A stretch of 64,000 nt of DNA, taken from a virus. A program made the position numbers and the translations under genes. Each line of letters opens with the position of its first letter. Positions within the stretch are counted from its first letter, which is position 1. The notes under the pieces were generated by a model that was not told the origin of the DNA, made no database searches, and was given only the letters and a program-made list of their open reading frames with translations. This document shows positions 27,909 to 35,838 of the stretch, piece after piece. The DNA lies in IMG/VR virus record IMGVR_UViG_3300025108_000028, positions 1 to 64,000 of that record; one strand, written 5' to 3'.

Positions 27909-27932
27909 GATGGTTTTTATTTAAGTGATTAA

Positions 27933-28133
27933 TTATATACGATGATAGTAATCATCTGCTACGATGACTGCTGGTATCCAACCAATGAGTAACATAGTAA
28001 ATATGGTTGCTCCATGGCTAAATGATTGTTTAAATGTAATAATATCTGTTAGATACCATACGATAGTATTGACGATTAATAAAGTGATTACGAATGTGGT
28101 TATGCATACAAGCATAGTTTTAGTCTTTAACAT
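27933..28133 (-). CDS. Small two-helix membrane protein
   Basis: Two hydrophobic segments. Confidence 0.65.
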   Translation of the reverse strand: MLKTKTMLVCITTFVITLLIVNTIVWYLTDIITFKQSFSHGATIFTMLLIGWIPAVIVADDYYHRI

Positions 28134-28495
28134 AATGATTTAGTATTAGTGATTAGTAAATAACTTAGAGTGCTTATCCATCTTATGTTGACTAGCTATA
28201 CATGTATCTCATGCTTTAGTTGTCCAATGGCTGACACTATCTCAGAATAGTCAGTGGTATTGCTTGACTCATATCTCTAAGCTTTTGATTACAATATTCC
28301 GGGTACTATGTCTATTATCCTATAGAGGAAGAGACAAACATTACCCATGTAGTATTGTTGAGTGTAATTGTTACTCTTGTAGTAGTGTTAGCTATATTAA
28401 TATATTAATGTGCTATGGAAGTTATGATAGTGGTAAAAGGTGGTATATTGTGGGTATGTGATGTCATACTGTTTGTATAACACACATTAATGCAC

Positions 28496-28535
28496 AAAAA
28501 ATAAAAAGATTAACCAGCTTTTACACTGATTAATC
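28496..28535 (-). terminator. Intrinsic terminator
   Basis: GATTAATCAG/CTGGTTAATC stem followed by a T-run, after the gene ending at 28558. Confidence 0.6.
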
Positions 28536-28557
28536 AATTTATCTACGGTTTACTAAA

Positions 28558-28893
28558 CTAAACTGCCTCTACCCATCTCAAATCTGTTTCTTCTCCAGTT
28601 GATAGGTTCATTACTGGATTATCAGACAATCTAAAGCCAGGCATCTTATCACCTCTGTTTAGTTTGCTCTGTAATTGTTTTATTGTAGGATGATCTGCCT
28701 TCATTACTTGACCTGTCTCTGGGTCCATTAGGCTTAACACACCAAAGCTAATGTTGGTCTGCTTTCTACTTGCCACTTTTAAACCGGCTATAGTAGTTTC
28801 AGATTGTACCATTGGCACATCTGATACAATAAGTGTTGCACTGTTAGTATTCTGATTGATACTAAATTTTCTAAAATAAACTGCTGTTTGCAT
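28558..28893 (-). CDS. Early protein, paralog of 29351-29680
   Basis: Shares VYFRK..IN..T.SAT.IVS, ISFGVLSL.DPET.QVMK..HPTIK.L..KLN.GD.M.GFRLS and NL.TGEE...WVE. Confidence 0.8.
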   Translation of the reverse strand: MQTAVYFRKFSINQNTNSATLIVSDVPMVQSETTIAGLKVASRKQTNISFGVLSLMDPETGQVMKADHPTIKQLQSKLNRGDKMPGFRLSDNPVMNLSTGEETDLRWVEAV

Positions 28894-28945
28894 AATAAAT
28901 GTATTTAATGAATAATTATTTTGTGTATAAATGTATACGTATTAT

Positions 28946-28977
28946 AGGTGGGGAGAAGTGAAGAGGAAGGAAGCAGT
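28946..28977 (-). promoter_or_regulatory. Two copies of the 14-bp motif
   Basis: Top strand AGGTGGGGAGAAGT (28946-28959) and AGGAAGGAAGCAGT (28964-28977). Confidence 0.5.
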
Positions 28978-29044
28978 GAATATATACAATAGGATTGTAT
29001 GGTCTATAGCAATAGGATTTGAAATGTATACCCTAAAGCAGTAG

Positions 29045-29074
29045 AAAAAAAAAGGTGTGATTTTACACACCCTT
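29045..29074 (-). terminator. Intrinsic terminator
   Basis: GGTGTG-loop-CACACC followed by a 9-T run. Confidence 0.7.
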
Positions 29075-29078
29075 AATC

Positions 29079-29276
29079 TTATTGACCCATATCCATATCA
29101 TTAATCATATCTTCTTGGAAGTTACGACTGATACCTGTTTTCTTAGGATACATATCTTGTTTGAGAGATTCATACACTTGCATAAACTCTTCTACGTTCA
29201 TATCTCCTGCTTCTTGACAGATAGCATCAAGTTTTAGTTTTATCTTGTGATGGATTTTAAATAAGTTGTTTTCCAT
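29079..29276 (-). CDS. Small early hypothetical protein
   Basis: Bounded by terminators. Confidence 0.6.
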   Translation of the reverse strand: MENNLFKIHHKIKLKLDAICQEAGDMNVEEFMQVYESLKQDMYPKKTGISRNFQEDMINDMDMGQ

Positions 29277-29310
29277 GTTAATTTAGTACAATGCTCTCCA
29301 GCGTTAAGTT

Positions 29311-29342
29311 AAAAAAAGGGTGTGCTGTTACACACACCCCTT
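29311..29342 (-). terminator. Intrinsic terminator
   Basis: GGGTGTG-loop-CACACCC followed by a T-run; the stem is similar to the terminator at 29045. Confidence 0.7.
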
Positions 29343-29350
29343 GTTCCTGA

Positions 29351-29680
29351 TTAGGCTTGTTCAACCCAGAACAGGTTCTGGTTCTCTTCACCAGTCTGTA
29401 GATTAACTACTTTTTGCTCACTTAACCTGAAGCCAGCCATCTCGTCACCAAGGTTGAGCTTTTGCCCAAGAGCTTTGATTGTTGGATGAGTACTCTTCAT
29501 CACCTGATTAGTTTCAGGGTCTATTAGAGATAACACACCAAAGGAGATGTTCCCTTGTGTTCTTGTTGCAACAGACAGACCAGCAAGTGTAGTCTTGTTG
29601 TTTGACATTGGAGCTGAGCTCACGATGATTGTTGCTGAGCCAGTAGACTCATTGATGTTTAGTTTTCTAAAGTAAACCAT
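29351..29680 (-). CDS. First leftward (early) gene, paralog of 28558-28893
   Basis: Roughly half the residues are identical to the paralog by eye. Confidence 0.8.
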   Translation of the reverse strand: MVYFRKLNINESTGSATIIVSSAPMSNNKTTLAGLSVATRTQGNISFGVLSLIDPETNQVMKSTHPTIKALGQKLNLGDEMAGFRLSEQKVVNLQTGEENQNLFWVEQA

Positions 29681-29749
29681 AATTTAAAATATTTAAAAAA
29701 TTAATTAAAATTGTGGAACATTACAGGGGTACCCCCAACCACAAACACT

Positions 29750-29763
29750 AGGTGGGGAGCAGT
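29750..29763 (-). promoter_or_regulatory. 14-bp motif ACTGCTCCCCACCT at the head of the leftward arm
   Basis: Top strand AGGTGGGGAGCAGT, 69 nt upstream of the ATG at 29680. Confidence 0.6.
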
Positions 29764-29933
29764 TTATTATGGCATCTCAAGCACGCTAAATATATAATTT
29801 TGCCAGGGCCGGGATGGGGGCATACAAACTTTTTTACTCAGGTGAGGGGTAGGTTATGACGGAAAAATTTTTATAGGATTTATAATTTTAGTATATTGTT
29901 TCTATAGACGCAGTTTAACTTAAATTACATAAC

Positions 29934-30260
29934 ATGGCAAATTGGGATGACAACAGTGGGGAGGATAATAAAAATGGACTGACTGAAATAGAGCAAATGC
30001 AACTAGACGCAGTAATGCTTGATACGGCATATAACAACTCCTATTTAGTTCTAACTAATCAAATAACATTTGAAGACTTGTTGACTGAAAGATTTACAAA
30101 AGGGGGCGAGGCTGTAATGGCTTTTGATCCAACTGAAGGCCCACTGCAAGAAGAATTAGAAAATATGATTAGTTATTATATTCAAGAAGAAGCTTATGAG
30201 AAGTGTGCTAAACTGCAGAAACTCGTAAATAAGATTTATCCACAAACCATAAATGAGTAA
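29934..30260 (+). CDS. Protein with C-terminal UVR (UvrB/C)-like motif
   Basis: LENMISYYIQEEAYEKCAKLQKL. Confidence 0.6.
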   Translation: MANWDDNSGEDNKNGLTEIEQMQLDAVMLDTAYNNSYLVLTNQITFEDLLTERFTKGGEAVMAFDPTEGPLQEELENMISYYIQEEAYEKCAKLQKLVNKIYPQTINE

Positions 30261-30262
30261 CA

Positions 30263-30457
30263 ATGGCAACAAAAAAGAAAAAAAGTACCGTAAATAGTTC
30301 GGGTAATTACACAAAACCGGGAATGCGTAAAAGATTATTTAATTCTATTAAAGCTGGAGGTAAAGGGGGAGCACCTGGACAATGGTCTGCTCGTAAAGCT
30401 CAGATGCTTGCTAAACGTTACAAAGCAAACGGAGGCGGATATAAATCTAAGAAATAA
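30263..30457 (+). CDS. Small basic protein, DUF5872 N-terminal-like
   Basis: NYTKP.MR.RL...IKAG.KGG.PGQWSARKAQMLA..YK..GGGY. Confidence 0.75.
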   Translation: MATKKKKSTVNSSGNYTKPGMRKRLFNSIKAGGKGGAPGQWSARKAQMLAKRYKANGGGYKSKK

Positions 30458-30579
30458 TGGCTTTACCAAATAAAAGGACTAAAAAGAAATCATCTTGCTG
30501 GACCGGATACGTAAAAAAAGGCGTAAAGAAAAAAGGAAGTAAAACCGTAAATAATTGTGTACGTAAAAAGACAAGGTAA
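30457..30579 (+). CDS. Small basic protein (40 aa) with CWxGY...NCV motif
   Basis: MALPNKRTKKKSSCWTGYVKKGVKKKGSKTVNNCVRKKTR; TAATG-coupled on both sides. Confidence 0.7.
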   Translation: MALPNKRTKKKSSCWTGYVKKGVKKKGSKTVNNCVRKKTR

Positions 30580-30821
30580 TGGCAAAAACTAAACAACAGA
30601 AAAGCCTAAGTAGATGGACTAAGCAAAAATGGACAACAGCTTCAGGTAAGAAGAGTTCAGAGACAGGTGAAGTATATGCACCTAAAAAAACTATTGCTAA
30701 GTTAAAAAGCACTAAAAAGGGTAAAGCAAAGTTAGCCGCAGCAAATAAAAAGAAACGTGCAGCTACAAAAAAAGGTAAACAACATGCAAGTCATGGTTTA
30801 CATAAAGGAAAGAAAAGATAA
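30579..30821 (+). CDS. Small basic protein, DUF5872 C-terminal-like
   Basis: QKSLSRWTKQKW.T.SGK.S..TGE.Y.P; very K-rich. Confidence 0.7.
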   Translation: MAKTKQQKSLSRWTKQKWTTASGKKSSETGEVYAPKKTIAKLKSTKKGKAKLAAANKKKRAATKKGKQHASHGLHKGKKR

Positions 30822-31075
30822 TGGCAACACCAAGAAAAGGAAAAGCAAAAGTCAAAGTAACTAAATCTGGAAAGAAAGTAAGTTACGGACAAGCAGGAAA
30901 AGCTAAAGGTGGTGGACCAAGAGTAAAACCTGGTACATCAAAAGGAGATAGTTACTGTGCTAGAAGTTTAGGTATTAAAAAAAGAGTATCTAAGAAAAAA
31001 AGGAATGATCCTAATACACCAAACAACCTATCTCGTAAAAGGTGGAAATGTTCTGGTGCTAAGTCTAGAAAGTAA
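30821..31075 (+). CDS. Small basic protein (DUF6321-like)
   Basis: KVSYGQ.G...SYCARS.G......DPNTPNNLSRKRWKC. Confidence 0.7.
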   Translation: MATPRKGKAKVKVTKSGKKVSYGQAGKAKGGGPRVKPGTSKGDSYCARSLGIKKRVSKKKRNDPNTPNNLSRKRWKCSGAKSRK

Positions 31076-31240
31076 ATGATTGAAGTCATAAAACATACAT
31101 TAGGTATATGTGGAGAGCATTGGCACCCAAATATATTTACAGCAGTTGCGTCAGCACCAGTAGTTACTACTGCAGTATATTATATCAAATGCAAGTGTGG
31201 AGGCTGGTTTAGCCATAAGAAGGAATGCAAAAATAAATAG
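31076..31240 (+). CDS. Small Cys/His-containing protein (54 aa, MIEVIKHTLGICGEHWHP...)
   Basis: Directly after the previous stop. Not in the ORF track. Confidence 0.55.
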   Translation: MIEVIKHTLGICGEHWHPNIFTAVASAPVVTTAVYYIKCKCGGWFSHKKECKNK

Positions 31241-31242
31241 TC

Positions 31243-31494
31243 ATGACAGAAGGAGATTTAATAGAATTAGGATTTACTAAACAAATACAGGACACATGTT
31301 GTGATCCTCAACCTTATACATTTTACAAAACAGTTGGTAATAGCTCACCATTTATTACACCAGACAGTACTACTATTGATGATAATAATTGGCCAGTAGA
31401 AAATTATGCTATGAACTTTAAAACGTACATCAAATCGGATCTAGTTGATATGATAAACCTTATAGAAAAAAATCCGTTATTTCCACCGGAATAA
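31243..31494 (+). CDS. Hypothetical protein
   Basis: Starts MTEGDLIELGF, a common phage N-terminus. Confidence 0.65.
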   Translation: MTEGDLIELGFTKQIQDTCCDPQPYTFYKTVGNSSPFITPDSTTIDDNNWPVENYAMNFKTYIKSDLVDMINLIEKNPLFPPE

Positions 31495-31573
31495 AATAAA
31501 ACGTCTTTAAACTTTTGAAATTTAAACTATTTGTATATATTTGTACTAATGTTTAATTTTAAAACCAAAAGAA

Positions 31574-31879
31574 ATGTCAGACGTTAAAAAACTAAATCCA
31601 GAACTTCAGGATAAAGATCCTCAGCTAACAAAAGAAGAGTTGGCTAGCCGTAGAGAAGAAATTACAGCATTTTACAAAGACAACATTCCACATCTTACTG
31701 TTCAAGCAGAATATGAGGAGTTATTAGCTACCATTGATAAAGCTAGAGCAGAAAGACTGCAAGCTCAAATCTTTATGGCACAAGCTGCAGCCCAACAGCA
31801 ACAAGGTGCAGAAGGTCCATCAGAAGATGAAAAAGAGTTTAAAGCAGCAATGGAGAAGGCAGCAACTAATGTAGAATAA
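31574..31879 (+). CDS. Coiled-coil hypothetical protein
   Basis: Preceded by TATATTTG at 31536-31543. Confidence 0.7.
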   Translation: MSDVKKLNPELQDKDPQLTKEELASRREEITAFYKDNIPHLTVQAEYEELLATIDKARAERLQAQIFMAQAAAQQQQGAEGPSEDEKEFKAAMEKAATNVE

Positions 31880-31880
31880 C

Positions 31881-32801
31881 ATGAGACTGCTAAAAAAAGG
31901 TGATACCGGCAATGATGTAAAAACTTTACAGCAAAAGTTAATGATCTCTCCTGATGGAGTATTTGGACCTGTAACTGAAAAGCATGTAATTAGATTCCAA
32001 CTATCTCACAGTTTATCTGCTGATGGTATTGTAGGGTCTGATACATGGGCTATTTTATTACAAAAAGGACCACAAGTAACAGAAGATATTGATGAAGACA
32101 CTGATTCTTCTAAACAATACTTTAATACTCCCTTTAATCAGATAGTGCATAAACATTATCTTCCAGATGGTGAATACTTAAAAGGACCAATCAAAAATGA
32201 TTATATATTCCTACACCACACAGCAGGTAATAACAATCCTTATAGATGCATTGATCACTGGGGAAGAGATAGCAGAGGAAGAGTAGCTACTGAATTTGTA
32301 TTAGGTGGGATTAACCATAGAAATGGAAATGATGATTATGATGGAGTTATGGTTCAAGCTTTTCCTGAAGGATGTCAAGGTTGGCATCTTGGAAGAACAG
32401 GTTCTGGTTATATGAACCGTCATTCTGTAGGATTAGAAATATGTAACATGGGTTACCTTGATAATAACAAGAGAACATACGTAAAATCATTGTGCCAAAG
32501 AGAACAAGTGATAGGTTTACAAGAAGCTTTTAAAGGTAAACTATTATGGCATGCATACTCTGAGAAACAAATAAAAGAAACGGAAAAGTGGATTAAGTTT
32601 GTTGCTGAAAGAGATCAAATAGATATTAGATTAGGTTTAAAACAATATATCAAAAAGTACGGACCTTCAAAAGGTTTTGATTTTCAGGAAGATGCGTACT
32701 ATGGTAAGGTGAAAGGATTACTGACTCACGGAAATGTTAGAAGTGGTAAGTCAGATATATATCCTCACCCTGACATGGTTGATATGATAATGAGTTTATA
32801 A
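31881..32801 (+). CDS. Endolysin: peptidoglycan-binding domain + N-acetylmuramoyl-L-alanine amidase
   Basis: LKKGD.G.DV..LQ..L....DG.FG..T...V..FQ....L.ADGIVG..TW; amidase IFLHHTAG, GLEICN and THGNVR..KSD. Confidence 0.9.
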   Translation: MRLLKKGDTGNDVKTLQQKLMISPDGVFGPVTEKHVIRFQLSHSLSADGIVGSDTWAILLQKGPQVTEDIDEDTDSSKQYFNTPFNQIVHKHYLPDGEYLKGPIKNDYIFLHHTAGNNNPYRCIDHWGRDSRGRVATEFVLGGINHRNGNDDYDGVMVQAFPEGCQGWHLGRTGSGYMNRHSVGLEICNMGYLDNNKRTYVKSLCQREQVIGLQEAFKGKLLWHAYSEKQIKETEKWIKFVAERDQIDIRLGLKQYIKKYGPSKGFDFQEDAYYGKVKGLLTHGNVRSGKSDIYPHPDMVDMIMSL

Positions 32802-33172
32802 TGGCGTTAGTAAATAAAGTAGATTTAAAATTGAAAGTAAGTATTAATGTATCAATAAAGTATCAAATACTTACATACTGTTTCTTTAATGATATAATAG
32901 TATCTAATTCAGATATTAAGTTTTTATGTGAACTAGCAAAGAATAAAGGCGTAGAGCTTACTAAATTTTGCTTGGACCTAGTATCTAAAAATATATTTAA
33001 AAGCCCGCAATCAGCTAGAAATGCAATAACAAAGGCAGAGAAAAAGGGATTACTGATCAAAGATGGTAATAATAAAAAAACAATTTCTTTAAATGAAGAT
33101 ATTAATGTTCAGTCAGAAGGTTTAGTATTACTTGATTATAAAATCTTAGGCAATGTATCCCAAGTCTCATAA
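32801..33172 (+). CDS. Winged-helix-like DNA-binding protein
   Basis: FKSPQSARNAITKAEKKGLLIK. Confidence 0.5.
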   Translation: MALVNKVDLKLKVSINVSIKYQILTYCFFNDIIVSNSDIKFLCELAKNKGVELTKFCLDLVSKNIFKSPQSARNAITKAEKKGLLIKDGNNKKTISLNEDINVQSEGLVLLDYKILGNVSQVS

Positions 33173-33509
33173 AGATTTTAAAAAAGGTATTGCTGAAGAG
33201 GTAGGAGTACATGAGCAAGTTGTAGATGACTTTATTTCTTTTTATTACTCTAAAGTAAGGAAGTCATTATCAAATATATCATTTCCTAGAGTTTATGTGG
33301 AAGGATTAGGTACGTTTGAACTAAGAATAAAAAAGTTAGAAAATGCTATACTTAAAAACAAGAGTTTGTTGGGTAACATTGCTAAAAGAACTTATAATGG
33401 ATATGCAAAAAGTGAAGATGTATCTAAAAAAATAAAGCAGATGGAAATAGCCATGGATCAAATACAAAAAGATATTAAAGAAAAAAAGAACTTTAGAAAT
33501 GAAAAGTAA
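33153..33509 (+). CDS. HU/IHF-like DNA-binding protein
   Basis: IAEEVGV....V...I..........L......V.VEGLGTF. Confidence 0.7.
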   Translation: MYPKSHKDFKKGIAEEVGVHEQVVDDFISFYYSKVRKSLSNISFPRVYVEGLGTFELRIKKLENAILKNKSLLGNIAKRTYNGYAKSEDVSKKIKQMEIAMDQIQKDIKEKKNFRNEK

Positions 33510-33834
33510 ATGGAGTAAATATTTAGATGTATTTAAGAATGCTGATAAGATTACAGAAGGTATTAAAAATAGTATTTTTAAAAAAGAACATGTTGAAGCA
33601 GTAGCAACTGATAGATTTCAAATATGTGTAAAGTGTTCTTTGTTTGATGCTGGAGGGGACAAATGTATTGCACCAGGTACTCAACCATGTTGTGGAGATT
33701 GTGGATGTAGCTTAGGTTTTAAATTAAGATCTTTATCCTCAGAATGTCCTAAAGGATACTGGGATGCATACACAACAGAAGAGCAAGAAGAAATAATAAA
33801 TAAACAAATAGAAGATGAAAAACTTAATAATTAA
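33499..33834 (+). CDS. Cys-rich zinc-binding protein
   Basis: R..IC..C...C..CGC.L..K.RS....CP.G.W. Confidence 0.7.
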   Translation: MKSKWSKYLDVFKNADKITEGIKNSIFKKEHVEAVATDRFQICVKCSLFDAGGDKCIAPGTQPCCGDCGCSLGFKLRSLSSECPKGYWDAYTTEEQEEIINKQIEDEKLNN

Positions 33835-33910
33835 CTATGTATACAATGATCATGTTACTAATATTGTTATTGGTGAACAAAATTCTTATTGGTATACAAC
33901 AATAGCATAA
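33815..33910 (+). CDS. Putative 31-aa peptide (MKNLIINYVYNDH...)
   Basis: Fills the gap and stops 2 nt before the nuclease ATG. Confidence 0.35.
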   Translation: MKNLIINYVYNDHVTNIVIGEQNSYWYTTIA

Positions 33911-33912
33911 CT

Positions 33913-34725
33913 ATGGGACTAAAATTTATAGAAGAAGGACATGTGTATGAAAGCACAACTGAAGAAAAAATAAAATGGACTAGTGTCACTTCTTTGGTAG
34001 GTAAATTTAAACCTAAGTTTGATAGAGATGGTCAAGCAAAGAAATCATCTAAGAATAAAAGATCTAAGTGGTATGGTATGACCCCAAAGGAAATCATAGC
34101 AGCATGGGATGCTGAAACTGATAGAGCAATCAAACTAGGTAACTTTTATCATAACCAGAGAGAATCTGATATGTTGGATCTAAATACAATAGGTAGAGAA
34201 GGTGTGGAAGTTCCTATCATTAAACCTATTGTAGATAATAAAGGAACTAAAATAGCACCAGAACAAAAGGTTTCTGATGGTGTATATCCTGAACATTTAG
34301 TTTATTTAAAATCATTAGGAGTTTGTGGTCAAGCTGATTTAGTAGAAATTGTAAATGGTAAAATAAATATTACGGATTACAAGACAAATAAAGAAATAAA
34401 AGAGAAAGGATTTACAAACTGGGAGGGTATAACAAACAAAATGTTTAGACCAGTTAATCATTTAGATGATTGTAATCTTAATCATTATAACTTACAACTC
34501 AGTATTTATGCGTATATTATTAAAAAGCACAACCCTAAACTTAAAGTAGGTAAACTTATTATTCAACATGTAAAGTTTAAGAAAGTTGGAGAGGATAAAA
34601 ATGGATATCCAATAAATGAGCATGTAAATGGTGAGCCTGTATTAGAAGATATAAAAATTTATGAACTCCCATATTTAAAAGATGAAGTAACATCTTTGAT
34701 GATGTGGTTAAAAGATAACCAATAA
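33913..34725 (+). CDS. PD-(D/E)XK nuclease
   Basis: F.EE.H.Y, SVT, G...H, CGQADL, ITDYKTN and Y.LQLS.Y. ATG at 33913 preferred. Confidence 0.85.
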   Translation: MGLKFIEEGHVYESTTEEKIKWTSVTSLVGKFKPKFDRDGQAKKSSKNKRSKWYGMTPKEIIAAWDAETDRAIKLGNFYHNQRESDMLDLNTIGREGVEVPIIKPIVDNKGTKIAPEQKVSDGVYPEHLVYLKSLGVCGQADLVEIVNGKINITDYKTNKEIKEKGFTNWEGITNKMFRPVNHLDDCNLNHYNLQLSIYAYIIKKHNPKLKVGKLIIQHVKFKKVGEDKNGYPINEHVNGEPVLEDIKIYELPYLKDEVTSLMMWLKDNQ

Positions 34726-34979
34726 TGAAAGAATATATAGCAGCAGTAGAAGTGCAATCCAGAAAATCAAAAGTACCTACAGATTTTAGATTTGAAGAAA
34801 CAAAAATACGTATTGATCTTGATAAAATAGTATGGTTTAAAGAGTACTTTCACGTAGCAACAAATAAGTTTCAAAACTCACACACTGAAGTATTATTATT
34901 TGGTCAAAGTAAACCAATAATTTTAGTCATTGGTTACAATAAATTATGGGAAGATATAATTAAATCTAAAGAAGTATGA
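34725..34979 (+). CDS. Hypothetical protein
   Basis: TAATG-coupled. Confidence 0.65.
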   Translation: MKEYIAAVEVQSRKSKVPTDFRFEETKIRIDLDKIVWFKEYFHVATNKFQNSHTEVLLFGQSKPIILVIGYNKLWEDIIKSKEV

Positions 34980-35494
34980 TAGTAAAATTATTTGATATAC
35001 AAAATAGCAAGTTAGTTGTAACAGAGCATTGTTATGCACTTCCGTTTCTTAAAAATATTATGGATGAGTATCCTGATAGTTATATTAAAGTATATCAGTA
35101 TATATTCTATTTAAGTTGTCCTGATCCAGATCTTAATCCATTTTTTAATTTACCTGAACATGAAAAGGAAGATATCATTATAGATGAGATTGAACTAGAA
35201 GAATCTCCAGAAGATGGTAAGATAAGGTATGCGTTAGACATGTGTAAAAAGCTATATGAAACTCCTACATACAGAGCTTACGTGGGTATTAAGGCTATGT
35301 TAGACAGACTTGCACGTTATATGGAGGTTACCCCTATAGAACATGGTAGAGATGGTAATATGAACTCTATGATTAATGCAGCAGCTAAATTTGAGAATAT
35401 AAGACAATCCTATAAAGGAGCATATACTGATATGAAACAAGAACAGGAAAGCTCAGTAAGAGGAGGTGCGGGTCTTGCTTATGATCAACTCTAA
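34976..35494 (+). CDS. Probable terminase small subunit
   Basis: Helical protein ending VRGG, just upstream of the large terminase. Call rests on position and resemblance to crAss-like genes. Confidence 0.5.
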   Translation: MIVKLFDIQNSKLVVTEHCYALPFLKNIMDEYPDSYIKVYQYIFYLSCPDPDLNPFFNLPEHEKEDIIIDEIELEESPEDGKIRYALDMCKKLYETPTYRAYVGIKAMLDRLARYMEVTPIEHGRDGNMNSMINAAAKFENIRQSYKGAYTDMKQEQESSVRGGAGLAYDQL

Positions 35495-35559
35495 AAAAGA
35501 AACCCAATACATTTTTTGTTATTGGGATGAACCAATTAATAATCAAATAAAAATCAAAG

Positions 35560-35838
35560 ATGAAAAAACAAGTAGTAATTCCAGTAGGCAAAAGGTTACT
35601 GATAAAAAGAAAAGCAGCAGAAACAAAAACAGCTTCGGGTCTAATCATACCTGAAATAGCACAAAAGAAAGAGTTTAAAGGAACTGTTGTTGGTGTAGGT
35701 GCTGATGTTGCAGAAATTAAAATAGGTGATGAGGTGCAATATGCTGATCACGCTATGCCAACTCCAATGGAACATGATGGTAAAGAACATTTATTATTGC
35801 AATCTGGTGATGTGTTTGCAATTATAAGATATGAGTAG
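35560..35838 (+). CDS. groES: Co-chaperonin GroES (Cpn10)
   Basis: P.G.R.LI.....ETKTASGLIIP..A..K...G.VV.VG.....IK.GD.V. Confidence 0.92.
   Translation: MKKQVVIPVGKRLLIKRKAAETKTASGLIIPEIAQKKEFKGTVVGVGADVAEIKIGDEVQYADHAMPTPMEHDGKEHLLLQSGDVFAIIRYE

Noticed and set aside
28264-28461. 65-aa + strand ORF in the intergenic gap
   Set aside because: TTG start, against the local gene direction, and atypical composition.
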